Source of the DNA: Dimorphilus gyrociliatus
Lineage: Eukaryota; Animalia; Annelida
Direction of reading: 5' to 3'
Assembly: GCA_904063045.1 (NCBI GenBank)
Contig: CAJFCJ010000019.1
Span: 796,570-860,569 of the forward strand
DNA length: 64,000 nt
Positions 1 through 13,198 of the stretch are shown in pieces; position 1 is the first letter of the stretch; every line of letters begins with the position of its first letter. The position numbers and the translations under genes are program-made. Under the pieces are notes generated by a model. It was not told the origin of the DNA. It saw only the letters and a program-made list of their open reading frames with translations, and did no database searches.

Positions 1-159
1 CTACGTATTAAAACTGTAGGGAATGTTGCTACAGTATATTTAAACAATCGTCTCCTAGTCCAAGTTCAAATACCGAGTAGCGTACCTTCTAAAGGCTTCG
101 TAGGCTATGGTACAAGTAGCGTAGGCCTAGCTGATTTTGATAATCTTGGCATAAAATAG
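1..159 (+). CDS. 3' end of a galactocerebrosidase-like (GH59, C-terminal lectin domain) gene, truncated by the window edge
   Basis: Frame 1 from base 1 reads LRIKTVGNVATVYLNNRLLVQVQIPSSVPSKGFVGYGTSSVGLADFDNLGIK* (TAG 157-159). This resembles the GALC C-terminus pattern G-W/F-x-x-x-G-T-x-S-x-x-x-A-x-F-D-N. Confidence 0.65.
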   Translation, partial: LRIKTVGNVATVYLNNRLLVQVQIPSSVPSKGFVGYGTSSVGLADFDNLGIK

Positions 160-827
160 ATTAAAGAAACCTAATTGCGAAATAGTTGAAGGAAAAAATA
201 GTTAAATAGACAAAGAAAAAAAGAGGTGATCTACCTTTTTTTTCTTGTTTTTTTTTTGCTGATTTTGCTGATTTTTTTTATCTTCCTTTTATTATTTGAA
301 GATAAACAACGTATTAAAATTTCACTTAATATACTTATTTTTAAAGTATGTTTGTCTTTCTACCTGATTTTTATAAAACAAAGCTCAATAAATATATAAA
401 TAATTTTTTTAAATGATTAAAAAGAAATACTGCGGTAAAGATAGAAAGCGATGATTAGAATTTTTATGATCTATTATTAATGATTTATCTACCATTTTAT
501 ATTGTAAATGATAAATGAATATAAAGAGATTTTTGGATTAATTTTTAATAAATTCTAACGAAAATATTAATTATTATTTGCTAATAATTTTCTTTTCAAA
601 CGACATCTGTAGTGGGATTATGAGCATTGACTTTTTTTCACATTAGCAATCGATCATTCTAAACGTTCAAAAGTTCATACCGATTTAAAAAGGAAAGATG
701 TTGGGGTGTCGATTAGTTCGATTTATTAATTGGCCACTAAATACTCAAGTATAGTAGATGGCGCTTGATTAGCCCTCTTTTATAATTTTATTCTTTTACT
801 TATGAACAATTTGTTATCAGGATAACG

Positions 828-1325
828 ATGCTCAGATTATCTAGAACACCAAGATTAAGTAGTAAGGCGAGAGCCGAGGCGGTTTTAAGAGAATATCCTA
901 AGCAGCAATATTATAAATCATCATTCAGTCGTTATTTTATGGCGTCGAATTATAGGGACAGAATTAAAGTTAATGCTCAATTTAATGTTGTAAAGAAGAT
1001 GAATGTTGCTGGTAGCCTTACCGACAGTAAGGATATGGAACAACTGTATCAACCAATGTGTTGGCAAAAAAGGATGAAAGCTACTCTTGAGAAAACCAAA
1101 AGCTCATCAAAACCGTCTAACTTCCTAAACGCAGATCAAGTATTAAAAGCTATTGATAAAACGAAACAGACACCAAGAAACGAAAAAATTAATATACTTA
1201 TAAAGAGACAGGAAGAAATTGCGGAAGAAAGAAAAAAAAGAGTGGAAATGATTAGGAGTAGAAATACGGGAAGTTCTACGACTCCCCTACCTCCGCCACC
1301 TACCGCAGCAGTCTTGAGAACTTGA
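828..1325 (+). CDS. Uncharacterised basic 165-aa protein, single coding exon
   Basis: A 166-codon ATG-initiated ORF in very AT-rich DNA. An acceptor-like TTATCAG lies 7 nt upstream of the ATG, and AATAAA follows at about 1449. No family recognised. Confidence 0.6.
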   Translation: MLRLSRTPRLSSKARAEAVLREYPKQQYYKSSFSRYFMASNYRDRIKVNAQFNVVKKMNVAGSLTDSKDMEQLYQPMCWQKRMKATLEKTKSSSKPSNFLNADQVLKAIDKTKQTPRNEKINILIKRQEEIAEERKKRVEMIRSRNTGSSTTPLPPPPTAAVLRT

Positions 1326-4300
1326 AAACTTCCAAGTAACGCTAAGAAAGATTAAAAATGTTTAAAAATACTATAGCATACTTTAATAGGTTTAATTAAG
1401 CATATTAATATTAATACTCTTTATATCTGTAAATAGTATCCTTGAATTAATAAATGATAAATGAACTTTTTATTCATATAGCAGTTTTATAATTAGCTAG
1501 TTTATTAATCACCAAATATAGTTCGAAGCAATCCATTTTATAATTCGCTATCCTATATCTAACATTTCACTCTTTTTCTCTCAGTTCATTTTTTCCTAAT
1601 TTCATTTAAGCTCATTCTTAAATAGTCAATGAACACGTTTCAGCAAATATCCCTATAGAGAAAACTACTAATAGAATGAGTAATATTTTCATCTATTTCT
1701 ATATATTAGTATATCTAATATACAGTATATATGCCCTACATATACTGTATATATACATAAAGACTAGCTTATTTTCGTACTGTCTGTAATCGAAGAACAT
1801 GTCCCTTTACGAATAAACATATTAATTACTTGATAAATTTAAACTGGTTATATTTATAGTTAATTCTTTTTATCTGTATTTCTTGTTAAAAGAAAATTTC
1901 TTTGGAACACAGTTAGTCAATCCCTTTTCCTTTCTTTTGATATTAATTAATAGAGCTATTTAAATTATAGCTAACCAGTTTCGACAGTGAATGACCGGAA
2001 ATATCACTTGAAGTGTTTCGAACGAATAAAATGTAAGCCTAGTTTTTAATCATTTGAAAGTATTTGATAAGTACAGGTGGCGCGTTTATAAGAAAATGAT
2101 GTAAGTCACATATTATTACTACATAAAGAGTAAACATTTTCTATAAAAATCAATAGATTATATAAGAATCATTAAAACTAATATAAGATTAATCATTGAC
2201 AAATAGGACACATAGAAAGATACTAATTATCTAGTTTATAATAATGTATATAATGATAAAATAAGGAAAAAGTACATATATAACTATATATGCGTAAAAA
2301 GGACTAATTGATACTAGAATTTTTTTTTCAATACTCCTATTAGTTCATCAATAATTCAGTTTTTTTAACAGATTTCAATAAATTCCTAGTTTTAAGATCT
2401 TCCTCTATCTCTTCCTCTAATCGTCTCTGTAATCAATTTAAAAATTCCTTTCAAAAAACTTCAGCTTTCATATTTTTTAATAGTAGAACTTCCTCTTTTA
2501 CCTTTATCTTTATAAATATTTCATTTTGATTAAATATTTTTTTAAAATGATTTCTTTGTTATTATTTTATTAGATATCTTATCAACTCTTGCATAATAAA
2601 CAATTATCGCCTAATTCTCCTTAATATTCTTTGACACGCGTACTTACATTTTTTATTGTTTACCTTTAGATTAAAAATCAAAAATGATAAAGAAATCAAT
2701 TATAAAATAATTCTTTCCTTTAAAAAGTAAGCTATAATGATTTTTTTTAAGGCTTCAATAAATATTAATAAAGTTCATTATTTTTTGTAATTGACATTAA
2801 AAAATATGTCTTTTATATCTTTCTAAAAAAAATGACAATGTTTATTATTAGTTTTTTCTTCCTATAAATAAAATCTATCTTAAACTGCTTAAATACATTT
2901 TTTCATTCTTTTTTATTATTTTATGTGAAAAATAAAATATATATACTGTATATGCTGTATATAGGTATTATAAACTCTTCTACGTTTCTCAATATTATCA
3001 ACACCGATTATATGGGGAAGGAAGAAAGGGAGATTAGCTTAGATTAATAACAGTAAAAGAAAAGCAAGTTTTTTTAGCTTACACGTAGATTATTTCCTAG
3101 AATGTTTTTTACATTAGATAGAAAAACATAGATAATGTAAACAAAAGAGGAAAACAGACAACAATAAGAATTTCATCTGTCTTAGTGGAAATATATTATG
3201 GTTTTAATTCTACGGTCTGACCTAAATATTTTTTCAATTTCGTAGTCACATTTAATTGATTAATATAGCCATCTACCGGATTTTCTCATATTTTTATTAT
3301 ATCAATCTATATCTTTTAAACTTTCTATAGAGATTGATGGCCAATTAATTAAAACTATTACTCTATTTCCTTTACTTCTGATAGAAAAAAAATATATATA
3401 TACTGTATACTGTATATATACCGTATATATAGGCTTTAAGTAGAATTTAAAATTGTATTAAATAACTTGTTCGAGTCCTAGTTTTAGGATAATTAGCATT
3501 GTAAGCATTGTAAATGTTCTCTAAATTAAACTGCTAAACATGGTATGCAGTATGGCACTTTACATTGTTCAAAACTATTCAAAGTTATATAATATATATA
3601 TGCATAGTTTAATTTAAAATAAATACAAAAGAAAGATTGTTTTTAGTATAAAATTACTCAAATTAAATCACAGTCTTTATATATAAACTTTAAAATACTA
3701 GCAGTTTTATCAAAAGTAGATTTTAGTACTTCCAGGTAAATTATTATAGGAAATAAATTAAAGAGAAAATGTTATTACGAACTCATTTCATTTTAAGCTT
3801 ATCTTCTTCTTCCTTTCATTAAATAGTGGAGCTTGTCAACTTTGTTGAAAGTAAAGGAGAAACCTTTCAAATATCTCTGACTTTAAGATGGACTTAAGAT
3901 TTTTCTATTTTCCCTTGAATTCTTGTAATAGTTTTCTCAGAAAGTTGAACTATATTATTAATTTAGTAAAAAAAACCAAGATCAAAAGAATTTCTATCAA
4001 GAGACTTAAAGAGGAATAGTGACTATTGCATTGTAATCTACCTCTGGAACATAACTTTTTGAAATTTTATATTATAGTATTTTAATACCGCCTCTATCCA
4101 AACGATAAATATTTTATTATCTTTAAAAGATTATATATTATGTAATAAATTATTGCATGAAAATGGTAACCATGAACGATAAAATAGGTTTTATGAATAT
4201 TATTAAGAACAATTTGAAGCTTCGAAAAACATGGCGGCTGCCTAATTCTTTTCTGCGAGATTATCTTTAATAACTTTTGGAGTATTTCAAATATTAACGT

Positions 4301-4473
4301 TCTTTTGTAGCACCTGAAAACATTTGAAACAGCAAAGCCTCTTATATTCATAAAAAGGTATTTAATCTTTGATTAGTTTTTGCTAACTTTAAAATACAAT
4401 ATATAAATATTAAACTTTCTTTAACTTATGCTTGCACCAACACAGCTTCAAGATAGTTATACCAAAAATTATC

Positions 4474-6568
4474 ATGTTTACACTTGAAGGAATTGCTTAT
4501 AATTGTCTGATACGAAACTTTCAAACACTAATGGATGACTCCAAGTCGCGTAAAAGACTATTTTCCGCAACTATTCCTCCAATTATTGCCGAGAAAGTAT
4601 TGCACCAAATAAATGAATATTACTTGGGTGTTCCACCAAATATTTTGAAACATTTTACAAAAAATAACACTATTTTAAAGGATATTGCAATAAACGGGAG
4701 ACGAATAAAAGGGATCACTCTAATGCAATTTCTTAGAGGACATAATCTAAACAGTGCCGCCTTGATAAACTTCAATCTGATACGCGTTGAAAAGTGGATA
4801 AAATATTTAAAAGTATCAACTCTAAAACAACTTTCATTGGAGGGATCCTGCTTTCTGGACCGAATTGTTGTGCAAGAAGAGAATCATCATGAACAAGGAG
4901 GTGAAGAAACCAAGAGACTAAATATGGAATTACTCCAAACAAAGCCCCCTTCTTATAAGGGCTTAGGTTTCAAATGTTTGGTTCAACTTAGTCTGGCTAA
5001 CACGGACATTAATGATGTTCACTTCCTCCACTTCACGAAAGATTGTCCACAGTTACGTCACCTTAATATTTCATCAACAAATATTACAGATTTACGACTT
5101 CTTGAGAAATTTCAAAATTTAGAATCTCTCGACTGTTCTTATCCAAATAGTACGAATGTCTACGACACTTATTTGGCCTTATTAAAACTAAAATCCCTAA
5201 AAGTATTGGATATATCAAAGTCAGACCGTATTGGTTATGGTGCACTGATTTTAAGATACAAAGGTCCTAATGAAAAAGGTTCGAGCACTTCCACAAAAAC
5301 ATCGAAGTCTAAAGAAAAGGATTGGCATCTATCTGACTTTTTAAATAATGCGATGTGGGAAAATATGACTCATTTTAATCTCTCTGGAAATTGGAGTAGA
5401 CCAATCAAAAGCATCAGGCATGTTGATCATAAATTAAATGTTTTACTCTATCCCTTGTAAAACGTCCTAAGTCTTTCTTTCCTTCCCATAGCAATTTCAT
5501 AAATAATCATAAAAAATTAGAATTCTTTGGATTAGATGGCTGCAGAGTTGATGAGAGAAAAGTAAATGCATTAATAAGAAATGGAAAAGTTCTTGAGCAA
5601 CTGACAGTAAACTTTTACAATTATTAACCATTTAGTTCTACAGTTTCATTGCTTTATACTTTATAGAATTTCTCAAAAGATAAAATTGAAAATGCTATTA
5701 TGAGAATGAAATGCCCTGAACTTCAGAACAGATATTCTGAATCGTTTGTAGAAAACTTAAAAATACCAAGAATATATGGTAATCTCAACTATGACAATAT
5801 GATTAAAGATATCTTGCAGGAGAAGAAATTAGATATTTGCGAAGTGAGATAATTTTTTTCTCAAGCACAATCAGTTAATATAAATCATATTCTTATGTCT
5901 GCATTTGTAGGTTATGGCTCATCAATTAAATGCCATGAAACATACTGCTTTTCTATATCATGATGCAACGAAAATATTTGGCAGCTGCTTTCTTGTTATT
6001 GACAGCATTGATATCTCCGAATCAGAATATTTTCTTAGTATTCTAAAATCTTGTTCTCAGATATTCATAAATCACTCTAATAAAAGTTTTAGGGATAAAA
6101 ATATACATCATCTATTAAATATTTTCACTAAATACTACAAATATATTCATATGGTATAAAGATGATATTATTGTTTGAAGTGCTAATACTCGAAAATTGT
6201 CTTTCAGATGTTTGACGTAGGTGATTTTTTCAGTGGACTCTTTGATGTAGAAAATGCAAATTCAAGCGATTCATTCGGAGGATCACTTGCCGAATTTCTT
6301 CATGTTTTAGATAAGGAAAAGGTATTAATTTTATTAACCGAATTGGCATCTTCATTAAAGTTGGCTTTGTCTGTAGCTGACTGAAGACAACTGGTCAGAT
6401 CTATGTGACGATCTTACACGTATGTGTGATTGGACGTATAGTCACTATCATTCAGCTTTAGAGAAGGAGGTTTATGGTATCATAGAATATTGCGAGGACA
6501 AATTTTCTTGGGAATTTGATCATTACAACTTTTTTGAGCCTACCGAATCAGATGAGGACTATTACTAA
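4474..6568 (+). CDS. ZYG11/ZER1-like LRR protein, paralogue A (6 exons, about 594 aa)
   Basis: Exons 4474-5417, 5492-5606, 5667-5843, 5911-6153, 6208-6321, 6377-6568 join in frame (intron phases 2,0,0,0,0; intron 1 is GC-AG). N-terminal BC-box-like TLEGIAYNCL, LRRs (LSLANTDIND, LNISSTNITD, LDCS, LDIS, FNLSGN) and a ZER1-like LEFFGL. Confidence 0.75.
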
Positions 6569-7280
6569 TAAACTCATTCTCACATTCTACCTTGAACACA
6601 TAATTATATAATCTTTTTTTTTCCAAGATTTGTACTTGTTAAAAATGACATGTAAACTATTAGTTTATTTTCAAAATGATTTAAAACCTGTAAAACCATT
6701 ATTTTTTTTTGAATAAATCCTTTCTGGAATATGATTGGCTCCGGGAAATAATAGTCTAATTATTCTTTAAAAATTCTTAAAATCAACCGTCATAAATATC
6801 TTATATACCTATAGAGGGCACTAATTGTGCCATTACTATAACCGCCATGAAAAGTTAATCTAATATGGAGGTCTCAATTGGAAGTATGTGAGATACTTTT
6901 AATTGTTTTCTACTAAAGATGTAAGTAATTAATATATATGTTAAAGGTAAAGCTATTTCATTTAAACAAAATATATATATTCACATAATTGAAAAGTGAA
7001 GAAAAAACTTAAGTAGATATAGCTTCAAATTCTTTAAAATGTATACTCACACGTATATATACTCACATATAAGATTTTGTTCTAGTACATTCTTTAACTT
7101 TTTTCATTCTCTCTACAAATATAGTTATTTAACGGAGACTACTGGAAAAGGTGAGAATATAAAGAAGAAAGAATTATCAAGAAAAGTTAATCTTTAGCTT
7201 TTATTGGAGTAATTTTTGAGTATATTCTCACCGCATTCCGGCTATTACATATTGGAACATTTTTGACGGTTGAACCAGTT

Positions 7281-9441
7281 ATGGACGATTTGTGGAGTTT
7301 AGAAGATTTTGCACTTTTCTCTCTGGTAAAAAATTTTCAGAAAATTCTTAGAAATGAAAATCAGCGTCGGCTACTACTGAAATCAAGAATTCCAGTTATA
7401 TTCGGTCAAAGAATATTCGACGAACTGAATGATTATCATTTTGGTATACCGGATGATATCCTATCAGTATTTACGGAGAAGATACTTCCTTTAAAAAATG
7501 CACATATGAATGGTAGACTAACTTCTCTAGTTGGAATTAAGCCGTTTCTATCTGGACAATTGCTATCCACTGTCACGATACAAGATCTGAAAAAAGAAGC
7601 TGTCAAAGATTGGATTATTTATTTGGATACTTCCAAATTAACTGAACTATCTTTAGAAGGTTGTCGATTTTACAGGAAAAAACACAAGCAAAAGACCAAG
7701 AAAACTGGCATTAAAAAAGAATACCAGACAAAAGAACGAAAAGAGAATAGGAAAATTTCTGCTGCCAAGTTTAACAATTTTCCCCCATTCAATAACATAA
7801 TCAAATTGGATCTATCACATTCGGATATAAATGATGCTATCTTCGTAAATTTTACCAAAGGAATGGACAAGCTAGAAATTCTAAATATATCTCACACAAG
7901 CATAACTAACTTGTGTCTTCTCCACAAATTTTCAAATTTAGAATATTTAGATTGCTCTTTCCCGAAAAATAAGGAAGTATACAGCACCTATTTGGCATTA
8001 CTATTGATCAGAAAGCTGAAGTATTTGGATATCTCAAAGTCTAGAAAATTCAAGGATAGTAATACTTATATGAAATATCCTTCGGTAGAAGAATTGCTAA
8101 AAATGCCGGGTGGCAACGAAATACCAACCGACATAAACGTACCAGATATCTTTTTTACTAAAGTACATTGGCGAACGTATGATTTTCTAGAATATGCAGA
8201 ATGGCCTGATTTACTTGTTTTTGATATGACTGGCCACTGGGATTATGTATCTCAAAGTGTTAAGTAAGCAATTATATCACATTTGCACTTTTAATTAATA
8301 TAATTATGTAAGCATTTCTTTCTTGTTTAACAGCAAATTCATCCAATTTCACTCAAAACTAGTTTATCTCGGATTGGGCTATTATGATCTTATGTGCCTA
8401 AATTCCTTGGCAACCAAAGACTCTCGTGTTGAAGATTTAACAGTTAGGACTTTATTTTTACCTATTAGCAGTATAAAAACTTATTTAACTCAACTTTTCA
8501 TCTAAATTCCTTACTAGAATCTCTCACATTACGATAAAGTTATTGGTTCAACTGGTAAACTGAATCCTAAAATGAAGAAAAGATATCGTAGACCATCTCA
8601 TATGTACTTTTTTCTGGATAGTAACCCAAGTGACGATGAGGATGATGAGAACACTGAATCTTTCAATCATTTTGAAGATAATTTTGAAAATGTATCGAAA
8701 AATTCAATTAATAATTTCAAAGAGAGACTAAAGGGTAAAGAAGAGTTATTGTGCGAGGTTGCTTTTTAATTTTACTTGCTGATTAAACGCTATCTAAATT
8801 CTTTGCAAACAGACACTAATTAATAGACTTGATTGGATTAGGCGAACGGTTACTGAAGAACTTAAAACCAAAAGAGAACTGGGTCTATGGTGTATGGTAA
8901 TCAGTTGCTTGGATATAAAGAAATCGAAAGATTTCTTATATATCATAAAATCATGTGCCAGAATTTACTTGCATAATAGAGAATCGAATCACTGGGGTAT
9001 TTTTATTCAATATTTTATAGAATTGTTGGGTAGATACCTTGCGTATTTCAGAATGGTATAATTTTAATAATTAAGATATTTAAACTTAACCTTACTTGTT
9101 ACTCTTTCATAGATATGCAATATTACTGATATCTATGAGCTGATTTTTGACAAAGGGAGTAATTACAGCGATTCATTTTATGCGGGGGTCTTGAAAAATT
9201 TTCTTAGGACCCTCGACATTGAAAACGTTTGTATCTTTCTTTAAATTAAACCTGAAGTTTTGAGCACTTATTGAAAAGCAAACACTTTTTCTTATTATTT
9301 CAGCTACCAAAGGGAGAACTGATAGCGCTTTGTAAAGGTATCAATAAAACAGGTAGATGGTGGACGAATACCGAACAGAGTCACGATTTGGAGTTTTTAG
9401 TAAACAAAATTATCACTACTTGTAGCAGCAAACTACAATAA
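7281..9441 (+). CDS. ZYG11/ZER1-like LRR protein, paralogue B (6 exons, about 608 aa)
   Basis: Exons 7281-8263, 8334-8442, 8518-8757, 8813-9055, 9113-9226, 9304-9441. Same phases as paralogue A, with exons 4 and 5 of identical length (243 and 114 nt). SLEDFALFSL BC-box-like motif and the same LRR series. Confidence 0.75.
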
Positions 9442-10049
9442 TTGTTTATTACGTTATTATTTGAGTTTTTTTTGACAACCAAGTTAACATAACATATTTT
9501 ACATACAAAAATTATTCAATATATGCTAAATTGTAATTCTTTTCGAGTATTACAAATGGCTATGTTGTTATATATCATTGATTAAAAAAAGATTTTCTAA
9601 CCAATTTCATTTGCTAACAATAATTCTGTTATACTTTCAAAGGGCTTCTGTAAAAGCTTATTTATAGCAAAACGTTTTTTGATATTATATTAATAAACAC
9701 TTGTTCACATGTTTGAAAACCAATCTTATATAATTACATAAAAAAATTCTGTAAAGCTGTCTAAGATGGTAATTTAAACCAAGAAATAACATTAAGGTCT
9801 AGTGTTGCAACAACTGACTATTGCATATTTTTCGACTGGTTTGATAAAATCATAAAATCAGTTGCCTGTCCCGTTAATCAGTCAGTCAGTTATCATTAAA
9901 TGTATGATATACAAACACTGTATTACAAATGTACAAATTATGATTGATTTAAGAAAAACTGTTTAAATTAAAGATTAAAAATATAAGGCAGTATTTTATT
10001 TAAAAGCACTTTAGCAGTGTATATCTATAAGATTAACTATTCTTAAATA

Positions 10050-12174
10050 TTAATTCGATTCGTCAGAACATTCAATAGATTTATCCGAATCGGAATTATT
10101 TAAAGATGACGAATCAATATTAAATATTTCCCTAAATTTATTAAACTTTTCTAAATTAACTTCAATATGAATATTTTTCTCAAGTTTTCTTCTTCCTCGA
10201 TCTAAAATGATGAAATTTTCTTGCGACAGCTGGAAGTAGTAAAACAAGAACATTAATCATATGTAAAATAATGAAATATATTAAACTGACATTTTCCAGA
10301 TCTAGTCTTCCTAGGAATTGTTTCAAGTATATCCCATATGTATTTTTAGTAAGATAATCATATTCATCGTAATAATCTACTTTTGAAATATGAAACATCT
10401 TCCGATAAATAAGATTAGTATTAGTTACCTTGACAAATAGAAGTAGGTGTGATTAAATGATTGATTTAAAAGCATTTACAATTATATAATTCAAATAAAC
10501 AAACTTTAATAAAGTATTTATGATATTTCTCAAATAATTGTAGAAATCCATAATCCAATGGACTATTCGGAAATAATTCATTTTGTAAGAAACTTTCACC
10601 TATTAATTCTATTATTTCTAGGAAATAATCAGATTTTTCTAAATCCATACTTAGAGCTTTCAAACAAAAATCTCCAAGTTCAAAATCCTGAGTATAAAAA
10701 GTTGATTTTTCAAAGAATAACTGTTCAAGTAAACTCTAAAGAGGAAAAATTGAATTATAAATTAAGGATGATATTAATAAATAGAGACCATTTCAATTTG
10801 ATTACTATTCTTCTTTTTAATATAATTATCCTGATAGATTTTAACCTTTCCAAAGAAATTATCTAAAAACATTTCGAAATGTTCATAATCATCCGGATCA
10901 TCAAAACCATAATCGAAAGAGTCTTCGTTCTGATGGAAGTGTTCATAAATTATTGACAAAGACATATCGTTTCTGCAATGATTCTCCTCATATTTACGAA
11001 TATCCTGAATCGAATGAACGAATGGAAAAGTTTTTGTTTTAATAAAGTAGGCCAAGCCGTTCGTTAAGACAAAAACAATTACTTACAAGTAAATTTTCTC
11101 TGTTTATATCAAAAGTTGATGCAGATTTTTTGGTTGAAGAGAATCCAATGAATGTTAAATTTTTGTGATTTTTAATGAATATCCTAGGATAAAGAAGATA
11201 GTTTGTTTGTTTGTCTTTCAATAATAGGAATTATTAAATATTTCAATATATTTTTACTCTATACTAGTTGGCGAAAGTTTCCATTTTCCTATAAAATATA
11301 TAAACGTTAGATCGTTCCATTCGGCCATCTCGTAGAATAGCGACATATCCCAAACATTTTTTATTCTAAATCGACTAGGTACTTCTAAATAGGCTTTTAT
11401 TTCTTCTTCATTTAGGAAATTTCTGATGAACGAAGGAATTTGAAATGTCCAACTAGAAACGTTGTACAATTGTCTTTGAGAACCAAATTTAATATATTTT
11501 AATTTATTTAAACAATGAAGATGTATATAATTTTGATAAGATTCAATTGATAAATCGGAACAATCCAAATATTGCAAGTTTTCTAATCGTTTTAATAGTC
11601 TAACATCAGTAATATTTGTTTCCGAAATATTAACGTTTCTCAATTGCAAAGCATCTCTAGTAATAATGAAAAATAGATTATCATCTATATTACTACCTAA
11701 CATATTTAATTCTGTTAAATTCTTCAATAAAACCTTATTTAATTCCGTATTATCGATAGATTTATAAATTTTACTCTTCTTTTCGTATTTACACCTGTGA
11801 ATTGATAATACTTTTAATATTTCACAATCCAAATAATTCAATAATTCTAAGATGGTCATAGATTGAAAATAATCAATGCAAAGATTTTGAATTTTGTGAT
11901 ACTTTAAAAATTCCAAACATTTATTATTCTTTATATTCTGATCACCAAATCTTATTTTACATAATTGATGACTTTTAAGGTGAAAAAAATTCAAAAAATT
12001 CTCAGGTATCCCACCATAAAAACTATTCAATTTATTAAATAATCTTTCGCATATTATTGGAGGAATTTTATTTTCCTTAAAGAACCAAAGAAATAAAGGA
12101 TTCTCTTTCAATTTATTAAAATTTATTAATATATAGTAGAAAGCCTGTTCTTCCAATTTTGATATTGGTACCAT
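10050..12174 (-). CDS. ZYG11/ZER1-like LRR protein, paralogue C (6 exons, about 577-587 aa)
   Basis: Exons 12174-11258, 11183-11087, 11004-10789, 10720-10505, 10428 or 10398-10291, 10229-10050. Same phase pattern, KLEEQAFYYI motif and LRRs (LNMLGSNIDD, VNISETNITD, LDCS). Confidence 0.72.
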
Positions 12175-13198
12175 TCCAATTACAAATTATATACAGGTGG
12201 CGTTACAGAGCAAAAAAAAATAAGGCCAAAATTTATATTGAAGTACAATACGTTATCTAAAAGTTTCAGAGGGTAAAAATTGGTTATTTGAGTAGTATTG
12301 CGGAAATACGAAAACAATAACGAATAAGTGTTCTATTTACATTCTATTTACATTCTTTTTTTTTCTAAAAGAATACTACTTTTATCAGTTTGGTTTGTCA
12401 AGAAATTATTAATTATAATATCTAAACCATATTTGGAAACTAAAAAAAACCAATAGAAATCAAGTTAAAAGTGCTAATTGGACGAAATTTTCCTCCGTTT
12501 TAATTTTCTTATATAATGGAATGATGTAAGAAATAAATTATGCATAAAATATATCCAATAGGAGACATTCGACATTTCATTTTACAGGCTTGCTGAATAT
12601 TATTCTAGTTTCTCAAAGCGCTTGATTAACAAACTATGCAATGGCAAGTGTATTCTGTTTCCTTTTTTTATTTCTTTACATTCTAAAATAAGGCCTATTG
12701 TAAGATTGTTTTGTTTTCTCTTTTGTTTATTTTTCCAAGCGATCTTTGATTATAAAGTCGATTTTAATTAATACACTGATGAACAAAAATACACCTCTCT
12801 CTACAGTCTATCATTCCCTTTATCTTCCCCCCGTCGTATACAATTTTACCTGTAAACATCAATACCAAATATGGTAATTAATATATTAAGTCTTTTGTGA
12901 GATATGAACTGGAAGCAATACAATAGGGGAGAGAGAGAGAGAGAGAAGAATAAATTTTTACATAGCAACAGTAAATCGACATGTATTCATATAAACACAG
13001 AGCGGAATAGAGCGGCCTGTAATAGTTGCCATGGATGAAAGGGCACATTTATCGACAACCTTTGAATCCGGGAACTTTGAATATTTCAGCTTATTCATAC
13101 AAACAATATTTATATTTGAACTGGTGTGAACTCCACTGACGTCATAATCGATTCATTTCCAGTATAGTTTCCTTCCTTATAGACAACACACCAAGATA

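Noticed and set aside
2300-2650. Purine-skewed minus-strand tract that reads like a decayed retroelement ORF
   Set aside because: Stops in all frames and no diagnostic RT, integrase or chromodomain motif with correct spacing; cannot be told apart from AT-rich low complexity.
3430-3490. A-box/B-box-like pair (GTTCGAGTCC) suggesting a tRNA or SINE
   Set aside because: No cloverleaf can be folded; at best a degenerate remnant.
4094-4351. 85-aa minus-strand ORF
   Set aside because: Overlaps the promoter and 5'UTR of LRR paralogue A (YY1-like motif); no recognisable features.
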